Shown piece after piece: positions 37,098 through 51,378 of a DNA stretch of 64,000 bases. The notes beneath the pieces are model-generated. The model did not search any database and had not been told where the DNA came from. It worked only from the letters and a program-made list of their open reading frames with translations. Position numbers and translations under genes: made by a program. The stretch's first letter is position 1. Every line of letters starts with the position of its first letter. Location: NCBI GenBank assembly GCA_053919585.1, contig CM132796.1; one strand, written 5' to 3'. The DNA is from Euprymna scolopes. Taxonomy: Eukaryota.

Positions 37098-38153
37098 CGA
37101 AAATGTGTGTGCATTTTTGTGTATGTCCGCAAAAGGCTTTTTTCGTCGGGCTTCTCGGTCGGCTCACTCCTTAACTTTTTATATGCTGTCTAAATCATAA
37201 TACTTACGACTTATCGACGGGGGTCGCGGCTATCTTCAATTTGCCCGACTTTTACGAGCTATTTTCGAGATATTTTTCGATCGCCACGTCTACAAGAAGC
37301 GAATGATGGGCGGGGGAAACAGAAACTGGCTTACAGCGTAAAAATAGGTCAAACATCACGCGATTTAACTTTCCCGCACCTGTATATTTCACTTCATAAA
37401 TGTTAACTTATACCACTTATCACTTTCTCTCGCCTCGTGGCCGAGATGGCTAGGTCTCAGTTTTTTCCATTTTGTTTCCACCTTCGCGTCAAGGCTTCGG
37501 GGTTCAATCCTACCTTCCTACTAAAACGATTTTTCTTTGACACATCCAAACACCCGGCCAACGTTTTTTTTTAAAGAGGGTTGTTTTGATCTAACCTCCC
37601 CCAAACTAACACACCTCCAACCATCCGTGCAGCGCCGTGTACTCCCCCCCCGCTAGTTATAAATAAAGAAAAGTTTTATGCATCAAAATACGGTGAACAA
37701 ATATAAAAACCAGTCAATTATCGGAAATATTCAATTCGGTGGCCATTGTGGTTCATACAAAGCTAACGACGCTCACTGATTGAATCCAAAATTTTGGAGT
37801 TCCTGTCTTGCAAGCTGTTTGCTGAACAAGGTTTTAGCCAATTGTTGAAACCTTTGAATGATTCCTCCTGCTTTTGTGAGACTCCTCCAGAGTGGTTCTT
37901 ATGGACACTTTTTAGCTGTTCATTTAAATGTTCCTTACTTAAACTTATTTCACAAACAAATAATTTTAAGTCTTGTTGATGCATCTAAAACGTCTTTGTA
38001 CTTCACTTATGTTCTTGGTCTTCCAATAGCAATTTAGAACGATTTTTTCTCATAGTTTGGTCTTACTTTAGCCATTATTTACTCATAAACATTATTTATA
38101 ATAAATGTTGAAGCTATGTTCATTCAAAGACTGCATTTTATTGGGACACTCTG
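36984..38153 (-). mobile_element. Deleted Tc1/mariner-family element with nested Helitron-like insertion
   Basis: TIRs ca(ag/ga)gtgtcccaataaaatg with flanking TA at both ends; decayed transposase N- and C-terminal remnants at 37700-38090. Confidence 0.75.
37036..37656 (+). mobile_element. Non-autonomous Helitron-like element
   Basis: 3' ccgtgcagcgccgtgtac...CTAG|T terminus; internal tRNA-like A/B boxes (tggccgagatgg, ggttcaatcc). Confidence 0.6.
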
Positions 38154-38174
38154 TATTATTATTATCTTTATACA

Positions 38175-38830
38175 TTTTTTGTATGGCAATCACTTCAGAA
38201 AAGGCATGAAGCCACTCGATGTAAGGTGCTAAAAAAGGAATAGGGATGATTGCAATGGCATGAGATACTTATTGACCTAAATCTTTAAAAGACCAAGGCT
38301 ATAGTAAGGAGGAAATCAGTCAGCAAGAAGAGAGTTCCACAAGCCTGCGGTTCTTGGCAAGAAGTTACTGGTAGAGAAAGCTGAATTATAATGAGCAAAT
38401 TGATGAGGACTACTAGACCAACGGATCAAACGAGTTGAAATAAAGTAAACAGCGAATGGATCAGACAATTCTAAAGAACATGCCATAATAATATTTATAA
38501 AAAAAGACTGAAATTAGAAACATCTGTGTAGGTGAGAGAGAGAAAGAGAGAGAGATACAGTGCAGAGAAGAATAAAGAGAGAGGCCAGCAAATTACAGAT
38601 ACGTTTCTACACCCTATCAAAAACCCTCAAAGGGAACACATTCACAAGTCCAAATATGAGAACAGTACTCCACGTATAGTCTGATAGAAAATTGTAGAGA
38701 TAAAGAATAGCCACAGGTGGGTGTGAGAAAGTGTTTACAACAATAGAGAGAACAGATTTTATGAGAAGCAGAAAGAGATCTACCATTGAGTATTTGGACT
38801 CCGAACGCATATCGTTGCCACAATCTCTAC
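38175..38830 (-). mobile_element. Old CR1/L2-clade LINE 3' fragment (family 2)
   Basis: IRLYVEYCSHIW, FFPRTAGLWNSL remnants; A-rich tail. Confidence 0.75.
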
Positions 38831-38939
38831 CATAGTTTTCATTTGAACATTTTATGCTACTCTATTTCATTAGTTTTCTACTTCATAGTTGTGCATGACT
38901 ATTGTTAGATGTTATTGTTACTGCCAGTGGTTCTGTAAC

Positions 38940-39660
38940 CCACTAGGGCCGTAATGGTGGTGCATGGTGAATGAACAGTGGACCAGCTGGCTCCACCTGG
39001 ATATGGTCATCGGCAAGTGCCTGGGTAACATCAAAAATTTTCCCTATCCAATCAACGATGTTGTTGGCTAACTTCCTCTGTTTGCACCATCTACTTTTCC
39101 CATGAACTGTTCCTTGAAGAATGGCATTTGCAAGTCCTACTGAGCATGTTACGTGTTCATACCGTCTGAGTTTCCTTTTTTTCTCCATGGTCAGTAGGTT
39201 TTCATAGTGATGCACTTGTTGAGTGACATATCTGTGGACTTCATTGTTGGTGACGTCGTGTGAGATGCCAATGAGTCTTCTGAAGCATCTCATTTCTACT
39301 GTTTGAATCCTCCTTTGCACATCTGCATTCAGTATCAATGTTTCACATGTGTAAAGCATGATCGAGATTACTAGCACTTTTACTAGCATCACCTTGGTTT
39401 CAGGGCAGATATTTTCTGTCTCTCCATATAGTCTTCAGTCTTGCCATTGCTGCTGCTGTTTATGCCGCTCTTGCCAGGATTTTAGCTTGGTTTTCTCGGT
39501 GGTGATTCCCATGCAGAACTGTGAGGTTACTTCGTCCAGTTGCTTCACTAGGTTGGTCAGCCTCCTCCTAGTTTCCTACTGAACAATGTCATTGGTAAAC
39601 CTATGGATTGTCCACCTTCCAAAGCTGTCTTTGCTTGTGTAGTCTTCATTAGATTTACTT
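38940..39660 (-). mobile_element. RTE LINE 3' fragment
   Basis: LVISIMLYTCET, EMRCFRRLIGIS, KKRKLR.Y.HV, ILQGTVHG. Confidence 0.85.
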
Positions 39661-41195
39661 GATGAAAAAAAATAAATTTTAATATATAGATTATAGTGAT
39701 TGTGCATGTTAATATAGCAACTAGCTGGATATCGCGTTGCTTACCTATCACCCTTTCTCTCTTCTTAGCATAAAAAGTATCACTCTTTCATTATCCAGGT
39801 TTATCATCTACGTTCATTTTAACAAGAGCTTCCACGCCCTCTGGTTGTCCTTTTGAAAAGTCTCCAGTGATCATGCTTATGAGATTTAACTATGTCCATT
39901 TGCCAGAGTTTACGTTTTTTTTCTGCCAGTTTCTTTTCGTATCTTCTTAGACACCTCGTGATTCTTTCAATATTCTTGAAGCAGCAAAATCAATTTTCCC
40001 TTATTAGGAAGATCAAAACTTAGGATGGCCCATTTCTCAATGTTTTAGATTTGGTCTAGCTTTGCATACCCACCTAATTATTTCCCTGTTATTTCTTTGG
40101 AGTTGGATAAGTGAGGCCTGGATGAAGGCTCAACACTAATTGCATACAACATCACATTTCTAATGTAGCTATTATAGACCTTACCAGTGGTAATATATGG
40201 AATGACTAGGAATGCTAGGATTGTGGGAAATTCTCTGAACTTTCCCTATAGTATTTTTAAACAAATAAAACGTTTTCACCTTGTAAATTCTTCCTGGCTT
40301 CGATGTCCAAAATAAAAAAAATAAAACTTTTAAACCGTTTCCACCACGCTGCTGTCTAATTTCTTCCAACTGCAAAAACACAACTCTCTGCTCACAAGAC
40401 TCAATCCTTCTATCATCAAATCCTAAATCGCCGAGTCTTTATAAAAGTCAAGTTTTTATACAACAATCAATAATACTTCATCTGCATAAAGCGATTAGTT
40501 GGATTAGCATAAAACCGGAAAACCAGACACTTGTTTTTATTTTATTTTATTGTTGTCTGCATGGGATAGCACAAGAAACATGCACGTACTGATTTTTAAT
40601 TGCCTTTTAATTATACGCCTTTTCATTTGTCTCTATGTTGTAACAATTGAAACAATTTTATTTGAAATAAATAATTTCCTTATAAAAATGTAAAAATTAT
40701 TCGTATCAAAATAAAAAAATAATGCAAATAATAAGCTGAAAAAAAAACTATAAGTCTAGAGGACGACATCATTATATTCATAATAGTTTATTCGATTTTA
40801 GAATAATGCATTTAGAAATAGTTAAATTTTTAATATTTGGCGAATAGCGATATGAGCTATTTCTCAACGTTTCACGTAGTTATGAAAGGTGATAACGTAC
40901 ATACAAACATGAATTGTCTTAACGTTTTATCATATAGGCAGCAACAAATCATAAAGAAAACTATGTGCTGTAGAGTTACGTCTCATTCGGCCTACTTTCA
41001 AATTATAATTGTAAATCTATATATTAATTTGCTTGTCCGTACGGTGTCACGTCATCATCATCGCAAACATTAATTAATGAAACGCGTCATCATCATCGCA
41101 AACATTAATTAATGTGAATTATCTCCCTTTATTGTTCACTCTTTATTAGTTAAAAAATCATTAACCTCTTTTATTTTCCAAAACTTCCCGAACAC

Positions 41196-41226
<31 letters not shown>

Positions 41227-41321
41227 GAACTTTCAAATTATAATTGTAAATAGTTATTAATGTCTTAAGGAAACACTCTCATAAAAAAGCAGAAAGCAAC
41301 AAAACGTAAAAGCGTTCTTAC

Positions 41322-41563
41322 TTGGATGGATTTTAGCAATTCTTGTACGTTCACGTGTGCCGTTCCCGGTGCATCCGTGACGGTGACATTAAGAGAGAAA
41401 GTCCATTGTGAATTTGAATCTTTGCTATCACTTGCACTAACACAATAGACATCCGTGTCAGTCTCTAATGCAGCTGGAATCTCAAAGCTGAACTTGTTTC
41501 CGTTCGCAAAAAACTTGAATCGGCCCGTGTTTTCAATCTTTATGCCATTCTTTTTCCACACCA
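41322..41563 (-). CDS. unc-22: Twitchin/projectin-like gene, last amino-acid-coding exon (second half of terminal Ig domain + tail)
   Basis: ttgttgtag acceptor, gtaaga donor, 242 bp, phase 1 to 0. (V)VWKKNG...FSFEIPAALETDTDVYCV...FSLNV...LLKSIQ resembles the last Ig of projectin/twitchin as I recall it. Confidence 0.88.
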
Positions 41564-41789
41564 CTACAACAAAGAAAGACAAATGCGCTAAATTAAACTT
41601 TCAAGGAATGTACAAATCTGAAACATAATGGAATCATAAGATGTACGGCATGTATAGCTTATAGCGAAACAGTTCAATAATAAAAGAATTAAGTCCGATA
41701 TTATGTTTCTGAATTTTGGAGATGATGATTGATAAATCATATATTGGGATTATTCGAACTATTGTTCTTCAATATTATTTTCACATTAT

Positions 41790-42330
41790 TTTATATTGTT
41801 CTTCAATATTATTTTCACAACGTTTCGGTCGATGTAATCTCCAACATTCTTCACGTATATCTGTAGGGAAACGCGTGACTCACCTAACTAGCACGTGTGC
41901 ATAATTCAACGGGTCGGTCGTGGAACGAAATTAATGAAGAAGAAAGAAAGAAAAATGGTTGCCTTATCTCTTTATATGCCTGCAATGTTCATTTTGAAGT
42001 TGGATTTTGAAGAAGCAGAAGTGCTTTTGCAGTTGAGAGAAGGTGCGGTATGTATACAGAAGTTTGGAAGTTGGAAGTTTGGACAACAGTGTCAAACTTA
42101 ACCAAGAAATTTTTGATGTGAAGGGAAGAAGAAATAACATGCGGGTTATTTAATTATAATATCTTATCGAATTCATGCTCTCGTTCCGTCAGCCACAATC
42201 GAGTAGATTTTCTAAGTAATTCGCAATTGTACTTTCGAGAGTCGCATACACTATGGATTGAACTTTGGACTGCCACAAGCGTGTAACTTGCAACTGAATT
42301 TTTCTGCGTAAAATTTTAGTATGAACCTAT
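41790..42330 (-). mobile_element. Family B/Penelope-like remnant with degenerate hammerhead
   Basis: Minus strand: tRNA-like head remnant (42330-42200), SLHIKN..NFQTS-like peptide, then GTGAAGAA-tgttgg..atcgacc-GAAACGTTgtg. Confidence 0.5.
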
Positions 42331-42526
42331 ATTTGTTTTTAGATCAAATAAATGGTTCGGTTTTGGGGACTGAAGTCAGATTCTGTATTTGGATTGGAAA
42401 TCGATCTATGCCAACCACGGAGTATTATATTCCCAATGTTATTTTGAAACTATAACCAGTCCTATGCAAATATAAATTAATCTACTGCATACATTAAATT
42501 TCACGGTTATTTGTTTATTTTCTTAC

Positions 42527-42640
42527 CTTCAACAGAATTGGATTCAAAACTACAGCTGAACATGGCAGGAGTTCCCTCTTCCACGCTCAGTGACTGAGGG
42601 AATGTAGTGAAAACAGGACCAACAACTTCTTCATCTGGAA
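42527..42640 (-). CDS. unc-22: Twitchin/projectin-like exon (start of terminal Ig domain)
   Basis: tttcag acceptor, gtaaga donor, 114 bp, phase 1-1; (V)PDEEVVGPVFTTFPQSLSVEEGTPAMFSCSFESNSVE. Confidence 0.9.
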
Positions 42641-42854
42641 CTGAAATATAAATATGAAAACGTATAAATATAATCAGAAAACTATATATATACATACACG
42701 AGTTAAAATAAAACAATAGAAACACCGTGTTAATTTTGTATAAATCTTAAAACAATTATAAAAACAGAAAAAATTACCAAAATATTACTTCTTGTCTTTA
42801 TTTATGGTTATTGTTGTCCTGAATCAATTGGTTAAATTTAGTTTTTATTTCAGA

Positions 42855-43447
42855 CTAGCGGGGAGACCCGACGTTGCCCGGGATTGAATGATAATCAAGA
42901 AATATTTCACACTCCTATATTTTTATTGTCATCGAAATCCGTGAAATTGCTCGGGAGGAAGCTTTACATGCTTCCGTGCAGTAACTTAGTCCAAAATATA
43001 TGTTATCCTACATTGCACTCTAGAGAACCTACTGTTTCTTTTATGAAATCATTATATATAAACTTCTTTCCAGTTAATGAAAAATAAAAAGTTAAGAAAT
43101 TTCCGTGCAGGGTTTTAACCTACAGATCACATCATGAAAAAAAAAGCATGTTATCAACTTGCCCACGGTCCGTTGTTCTATCATTGTTGCTAAACGATGA
43201 CATGGAAAACATGGCTTTACCGATGATAGATGAATTAAAATAACAGTTTCGATTATCGGTAATTATCGATAATTATCGGTAATTATCGGGGCTATTCTGA
43301 GACAAAACTTAACTACGGTCAGTCTCAGGCTTATACACTAAAGTTCTGTAAATTTTAAAGAAAATCTGTTTAGCCGTTTGGGAGTCTATAAGGAACGAAC
43401 TTACACACACACACAGAGATAAAATTGCGTTTATATAATTGTAGAGA
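42855..43447 (-). mobile_element. Non-autonomous Helitron-like element
   Basis: a|CTAGcggggagacccgacgttgcccggg is the reverse complement of the shared 3' terminus. Confidence 0.65.
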
Positions 43448-43470
43448 TCATTTCAGAAAGAAAAATTAAA

Positions 43471-43838
43471 ATGGCAGATCTATCAGATTTCAAAAGAAAG
43501 CGGATTGCTGTTGCCCATATAGTAGGTGCCGCTTCAGCGAAAGTGACTGAGATGGTGACCGTATCGAGAGGAACTGTCATAAATGTCATAACAGCCTATG
43601 ATGAAAGGAAAAACGTCTTTCTCTAAACAAAATTATGGAAAAGAATTGAAACTGTCTAAAAGAGATCGTAGGACCCTTGTGAGCATTATGAAGAAAGAAC
43701 ACAAAATTACAGCAGAATCTAAAAATCATCTGGATAATCCTGTTTCAAGAAAAACTGCTTGCCGACAGTTTCACAAGGATGGATTTTCAGAAAACGCATG
43801 CTTTCGATTATTTTCTATAATTTTTTCCAAACCCTGTA
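43471..43838 (+). mobile_element. Tc1-like transposase N-terminal relic with right TIR
   Basis: MADLSDFKR...VSRGTV...KLSKRDRRTL; ends ccaaaccctg|ta. Confidence 0.8.
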
Positions 43839-44129
43839 TATAGGCCCTCTTTACTGAAATAACACTTTTTATTAAATCATATAAATAGATTGCTGTAGTT
43901 TCTAAACTTTTTATGGCTTTCTCATAACATAAATGCTTGCATGGATGAGAAAAAAAAACATAGAATTAGAAATATAAAATAATGAGCAAAAATTTATTAA
44001 AACTATGATAAGCGCCATTTCTTTTTATCTTTTTTGTGATGGATTTTTAGTGGGAGTCTATAGACTAAACTATGCCACGTATTCACAATGGTTATTTTAT
44101 AAATCTGAAACCTTGAACTGTATCTAATA

Positions 44130-44595
44130 TCAGTAGATGTTCCCTGCATTGGTAAACCCTGCAGCCTCTTTCCTACAGAAGAGACGTCGCGAGCCTGTCT
44201 TTACTCTATCACTATTTTCATGGCAAGTGGTCGACGGAACGCCAATCTATAGTCCCTCCTTGCCAAACGTTCTCAAAAAACACTCAACTAGCTACAACCA
44301 CTATATATGTTTTCTCCCTCTCTATATGTGCCTAAATGTAAACGCAGATTCCATAAACTAAGCTTCGTTCCTAGAACTGCCTGCCTTTAGATCTGTTCCG
44401 CTGGCATGCTTCCCGGTGTAATACAACATGGTGCGTTCAAGTATTATGTAAACAAGTTCCTGTTAAGCCTTCCTCTTAAATAATCAAATTCTATTCAATT
44501 TACACCATAAGTGATTACTACACATCTTACATTCATTAACCTTTATCCTCGAGTGGCCTTCGGGCCTTGATAAGTGGTGACTCCCAAATAAAACA
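44130..44595 (+). mobile_element. LINE family 1 3' fragment
   Basis: Shared tail cctcgagtggccttcgggccttgataagtggtga. Confidence 0.85.
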
Positions 44596-44639
44596 AGTGA
44601 AGCATGCATAGTTCCCCGTGAGTGCACAGTGAACGAGGC

Positions 44640-45325
44640 ATAAAAAATGACTAAGTTCAGTATTCTCACCCCCCCTTATCCCCAAAAGTCCCCAGGAGGA
44701 CGTCAAATCCTGGTGGAAATAAACAAACGGTGCAGTTTTCGGCCTTAACATATATAAATCTGAGTTCTGCAATATGCAAAAAAATGACTAAGTCCATCAT
44801 TTCCCCCCCCCCCATTTGGCTTCAAAAGTTCCCAAGGCCTTAACATATTTAAATTTGAATTCAGCACAAGGCAAAACTGCTAAATAGACGCACTGACAAC
44901 ATTTTGGACAAATATGGTAAAATAGTCCCAAAAATGGAGTGTTTTTATTAGCCCTAAAAGAGCCCCTAGGGCACACATAAGAGTTATAGCAAAGAATAGA
45001 CACACAAAATTATATAGAAATTAGTTAGTTACAACTTTTCAGAAAGTTATATAAAAATCCAAGGCATCAATTTTTTTTAATAAGCACAAAAGTGTCAATT
45101 TTAACCATTTTAACTCGAAAGGCATCCCCAAGGGGGTAACCAGAGTTTTGGCGGAAAATCCGTTCTGCTACTTTTTTTACTCATATCATGTTTAATGTTT
45201 TTGCAAAATTTCAAAAATTCCAAGGCATAGTTATTGGAAAAAGTGCGAACAGACGAACAGATGAACGGACGAACGGACAAGGATGACTTTACAGATCTAC
45301 TCTCTCCTTTTGTCGGAGAACCAAT
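44640..45325 (-). mobile_element. Helentron/DINE-like repeat, inverted copy of 29607-30155
   Basis: Direct sequence similarity; both copies give the same spurious ORF text (CPR.SFRANKNTPFLG). Confidence 0.7.
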
Positions 45326-45521
45326 AAATAAATGCAGGTTAATTATTACGCAATATTAACTACACAATAACTTAAATTCCTCTAAACTTGTATGCAGAAG
45401 ACCGACCGTGATATTTTTAGACGGGATTTTCAGATTAAATCCATTTCTTATGGCATGATTTGTTTATGAAAATGTTAAGTGAAAGTACAGATAAGTTAGA
45501 AAACTTCTTTCACTTCCCATG

Positions 45522-45564
<43 letters not shown>

Positions 45565-46844
45565 TGTGTGTACGTGTGTGTATGTGTGTGCATATATTAC
45601 AGATTACGTAGGATGTAGGCCACAGCTGGGGATAATGCGTATAATTTTAAAATAGACTAACAGCTAGCGTCCACAGTACGCAACTTACAAAAAAAAATAT
45701 ATCGTAAAAAAACAAAAATGAATTGATAATTTAAAAATAGAAGAAACAGAAGAAAAAGTTTCGCATTGTGAGACGCATGTTTAACTGCACGCACGCACGC
45801 ACGCACGCACACACATACACGACTGTAATGACCTATGCATTAAATGAACTTGACCGAACGAAATGATATGTCTCTTAGTGACGCCATATTTTCATTTTAG
45901 AAACCGTTTATTTATAAAGCGAATAACTGGAATAACTGGATTGCAGAATATGAACATTTTCAGAGTTCAGCCAATGAAACTGGACGGACTTCGGCGAGAG
46001 AGTCTTTATTATTTATGAATCGGAAATTGGAAAGATTATGTTAGGTTTTTGTATGTATGAGCCAGATATTATCGGTGTAATCACAGAATCTGTGAAATGT
46101 GTAGAATTCATCCTGGTGATATCTGGTAGCAGTGGTAGGACTAAATACCTAGAGAGAAAAATAGGGACTCCTTCCTCTAACCATGTTGCGATTGTGATGA
46201 TGTTGCTCGTAGGATGTAATGCAGTAATTTATTATGACAACTGAATGCGTCTAAAATGGTGTTCGAAAGCTACATAAGATAGTGGCTCTTAGCCTAGATG
46301 TATTGAATTTGTACGTGACATCTGTTGTTGCAAACATACAATACTTTTGTTCAGAGGGGAATTCCTGCAGTTACTTTAAAGATGAAATTCTCGCCTTTTA
46401 TAACATTGGTAATATTTGATGTGAAGCAGCAGAACGTTTAATAAATGCTAGATGTCAGACAAATATTTCAGTGTAATTTAGAAAAATACAACTGATTCTT
46501 GGACTAAGTATTTATGTAGTTAAATGTTTAATATTCAACATAATCTTTTTTGTGTACTTGCCTCCCCACGAGGGCAGAGTTAGACACAAGGTCGGTTTAT
46601 AATGTGATGGGGGAAACCAGCTTCCCCAAAAAACAAAAATAAAATATGTATCAGTCATGAAGGGTTTCTCTTCCATTAACCGAGACTAAAAAATGAAATG
46701 CAGCAACAAAAGAGATACTACACTTTGATCTTGGCCCGAAGGCCAAGAAATAAAAAAGAACGCTTGATCTGATAGAAATCAATTAAATAAACGTTTAGGA
46801 AAAATTTATGAATATTTTATTAATAACTGTTGATTCACACTCGT

Positions 46845-46939
<95 letters not shown>

Positions 46940-48110
46940 ACGTTAAGTTTTTTCTTGCTCTGACATTGATATTAAAAGACTATTTTTCTATTTAAAAATT
47001 AAAACGAACTTCTTAATATACTCATCATTGACATGCGAGCGACTTCATGAAGGTTAACAGATTTGCATATTCTATTGAAAAACGAGCATTCATTAATTAT
47101 TCATTTTTATGTTTTTATTAGGTGATTAGTTTCATTTACATACTGACTGGCCAACGCTGAAAGGTGTGCTAGTCGATTATTATGATCATTATAAATATTT
47201 GTAAAAATAGAATATCAGAAAGAATGTAATCATAGCGAAATAAATATTCACAGATAATATTATTTGTTAAAAAATGTTTATAGAAAGGAACATTAGTTTT
47301 AATAACTAGCACAAACAAAAATGTTTACTTGGTGAAAAAGAATTTAAGAACATAAACTAAATGACGTAACAAGATAGCTTAAAAATACACATATAAGTTA
47401 GTCAAGAGTTCAGAGTCAGAGTTAGCAGATCGAGTCGATAGTCAGAGGAAGACAGTCCATGGATTATGAGTAAGGAAAAATATTGAAAGCAAAAGTCTAA
47501 GACCAGTGTTGCAGCTTTTCAATTGGGGAAACCTCTGAAATAAAGATGCTGTAAATACCACCAATGCTTTGAATCGTACAAATCTTCGTATGCAGCTTTT
47601 TCAAGGATCCATCAAATAAAGATCAACCCAGATGAGTAAGATATGTTTCTAAACCCAAGAACTCTCATCCACTCATTCAACAATACCCTATTGTCACAGT
47701 TTCCTGTTCTGCGCGTATTTGCCTATGCTGTCCAAGATTTAATTTTCCTCTGAAATCATCAGATCTAAGCCCCTGTTCAAGACTCACGTTACACATCCAT
47801 CGTATAATTCTCACATCATTTTTATCCATGTAATGCAAGTCCTCAACCTTAATATATATATTTTAATTAAAAAAATTATGTTGAACCGAAGGATGAAGTG
47901 TCTTGGGAATAGTAAATTCAAAAGCAGTAATTAGTCGCATTTGTAAAAAGAGAATGCCAGAAAGAATGTAATCATAGCGAATCATGACGTTAGTTCTTTT
48001 TACAAGAAGACATCAACACCTCCCTGTCATGCTGCCAAATCCTCAAATATCTAAATATTAATTTACTTGTCTGTCTGTTTCCGGTTTAAATTGGTTATTT
48101 TATTTTATAA

Positions 48111-50600
48111 CTAGCTGTACCCGGCCACGCGTTTCTGAAGCTCAGTTTGTTGAAATGGAACACATTCCTCAAGAAAAATTGTATTTTGTATTCTTTATTT
48201 ACTTTTAATATTTTCTGCATTTTTTTCCTCAAAAACGTTTCCTTTTTTACCATAAATTGTTTTTTTGCAGGAAAACATTCATTTTTATTTTTTTAAGAAA
48301 ATTGGCAGTAAACGTTTCTTTTTGCAAACGGAATTTTTATTATAAAAAGGAAAGATGAATGCTTTATATGAATACTGTAAATAGTTAGGTGAAAGTAGAG
48401 AAAAGTTGGGGGTTTCAAGAGAATGTACAAATAATTTTTGCCAACAGATGTTAAGAAAATAAACAGAAAAAATACTCCTATCATTAATAAAAAAAAGAAA
48501 CAACTAATCATTTAAAATAATTTGTTGTTGACCTTTCAAAGTTGTTTTAATTCAAAATAACGTTTGCAATTATTTATTTGTTGGAATAAAAAAGAAAAAA
48601 GAAAACTATTTTATACAAATCCAATGTTGCTTTCATTACCAAGTTGTTTTCTTTTAAATTTTTTACGCAAACATTTCAATAAATCTTTTTTCCAATTATA
48701 TAGTTGCTTTAATTTCCAAAAAACTTTTCGTAATATTTATTTGTCCGAAAAAAAAAAAGAAACTATTTTATAAAAATCCGATTTTGCTTTCATTACGAAA
48801 TGGTTTTATTAAAAGTCTATTTTTTTACGTAATTTTTTTCACTAAATGTTTGTCCAATTATATTTTGATAAATTTTTATACAGTAAATCTTTTGGGTTTT
48901 TTTTTTTTGTTATCCAATAGCGCTCGCCCATATTAAACCCTGATGCATATGTCATGTGATTGTCTGTTTTTAATAACCAAAAATGTTCCATGTAAAACTT
49001 TCCCGTTCTCATTAATGAAAGCGAAACATTTCCAATTAAACTGGTCTCGGAATAGACACCCCAAACCTCCCCCTCTTAAGAAAGGCTTCGGAATAGACAA
49101 ATCGTAACGGTGTCAACATACCCGGAAACCTATCGAAGTTGACTTGTGGAATGTGAACGATGGTTTTGTCGTAATGTAATAATGTACCGGCATATCATTC
49201 TATGCCGAAATGCCTAAGCTCCTTTCACACTAATTAATTTAGGTAACTGAAATAGGAATTTGAAGATTAAAGACCAAGCGTAATTTACCCCCGGAAGAAA
49301 GTGTTTGTACACGTGATGGAAAGAAAGTGATGAAAATTTATTTCAGTGCGAGGTTACCAATTCAGTTAATTTTTGAAGTCAAGTAAATGCAATGTACACA
49401 TCCATTTCAAGATAAATCTTAAGTATTCTTTGTATAATTCAAAGATAATTAGTAAAGTCAACTCATAATCTAATGCATTAAATATTACCAAAAAGAAAAC
49501 ACCTTGTTTGTGCTAAAAATAGCGTCAGTAGTGAAATTCATTTTGGTATGAGTTATATCGTAACGATGTTTACAACCGCAATGCAATCTGAACAATGGAA
49601 ACATGAAAAGAAACGAAACGAAAACATACGAAACGCAGTAAACCGGAACGTCAGTTTTTAGAGATGCATATAGAAATGCATTGTGTACATTTTTAAATGT
49701 AGTAATTCTCAATGTGAGTCGGTAAATATGTTAAAGCACACCTAAGTTGATTTGTTACTAATTTGTGCTACAAATAGCGTCAGTAGTGAAATTCATTTTG
49801 GTATGAGTTATATCGTAACGATGTTTACAACCGCAATCTGAAAAATGGGAACATGAAAAGAAACGAAAACATATGAAACGCAGTAAATCGGAACGTCGGT
49901 GTTTAGAGATGTATATAGAAATGCATTTTTTACATTTTTAAATGTAATAATTCTCGATGTGATCCGGTAGATATGTTAAAGCACACAAAAATTGGCATCT
50001 TACATTTTGTAATGCGTTAACTGGAAAATTAATATGTAAAGCTGTAATCGGAAAAAAGTAAACAGAAAATGAAAGCAGCGAACGAAACGAAACGGAACGT
50101 AAAGGAAATGATATATTATATGTTAATGAAAGAAAAAGAAAAGGCGATAAACGTTTATTTATCCTAGTGTAATAATGTTTCGAAATATATTGTAAATAAG
50201 CAATGTATAATTATGCGTCACGCGTTTCCCGTAGTAGTAAGCATTTCAGTTTTTGTATGTAACTACTAAACCCCTAACCGGTGTGCGTTTGTATTAGTTC
50301 CTCGTGAACGACGAAGCGACGGTGTAAATGGGGAGCAGGGAGAGGAGGAATTTAATGGAGAGAAAATATTTTACAACTTCCATCGATTCTTACAGGTTTT
50401 GGCAGTGAACTCTCACCAGAAATAATATAGGAATGTACGATTATCGAGCAAGTGTAGAGGTAATAGGCCTATAGCACACCTCAGATGATGTGCTGCAGTT
50501 TGTGCATATCACATTTGCATGAAATGTCTTGAGTTTTAATCCTATTAAGGTAAAACTCAGAGGGGGGAAATGACTTCATTTTAGTTATATAGAAGATAGA
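48111..50600 (-). mobile_element. Long non-autonomous Helitron-like element
   Basis: a|CTAGctgtacccggccacgcgtt terminus at 48111, tatatagaagataga at the other end; internal ~255-bp tandem duplication (49507-49745, 49761-49985). Confidence 0.65.
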
Positions 50601-51097
50601 ATAGAAGATAGAAGAATATAGAATAGATAGAATAGATAGAAGATAGAAGAAGACAGAATAGAGAAGAGGAGAGAAGAGAAGAAGAGATTTAAAAAATCAT
50701 GTTGGAAGGAGACTGTAATTTTTTATCATAGATTTTTTTTTAATTTTAAAAAAATGTGCAAGTTAAGTGACATTTGTTCTTTTATAATTTATATTAAAAA
50801 TTATTTATGAAACAAAAGCAAAACAATGTTCACTGAAAAATGTAATTTTTTTAAAATTAATTCTTTTAGCTTTAAAACGTTAAAAACAATTCACTAAAAT
50901 TTGTTTCAAATTCGTCGTTATTTGTTTTATTTTAATTTAAATTTTAATTTTGTGTATAATGTAATTTTAATTTTAATTTTGTGTATAATGGGTTTATTAA
51001 ATTTTCAACTATCGTGGAATTTCCCCGGGTTCTGCTAGTTTATATTACTTACACACGCATATTCACACTATGAACATATTTATTTACACGTTTCTCT

Positions 51098-51364
51098 TAC
51101 AGGGAGGTGTTCAGGGATTTTGCAAGGAAGTGTTCAGGGTTCTTGCAGCGAGGTGTTCAGGGTTCTTGCAGCGAGGTGTTCAGGGTTCTTGCAGGGAAGT
51201 GTTCAGGGTTCTTTCAGGGAGGTGTTCAGGGTTCTTGCAGGGAAGTTTTCATGGTTCTTTCAGGGCGGTGTTCAGGGTTCTTGCAGGGAAGTGTTCAGGG
51301 TTCTTTCAGGGAGGTGTTCAGGGTTCTTGTTGCGCGGTGTTCAGGATTCTTGCAGGGAGGTGTC
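51098..51364. repeat. 23-bp minisatellite (~11-12 units)
   Basis: Unit gtgttcagggttcttgcaggga(a/g), contiguous, no spacers. Confidence 0.95.
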
Positions 51365-51378
51365 GAGGTCCTACTACA

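Noticed and set aside
46553-46600. HDV-like ribozyme motif (cct-ccccacg-agg-gcagagt)
   Set aside because: No P1 5' strand, P1.1 GG or P2 partner could be found.
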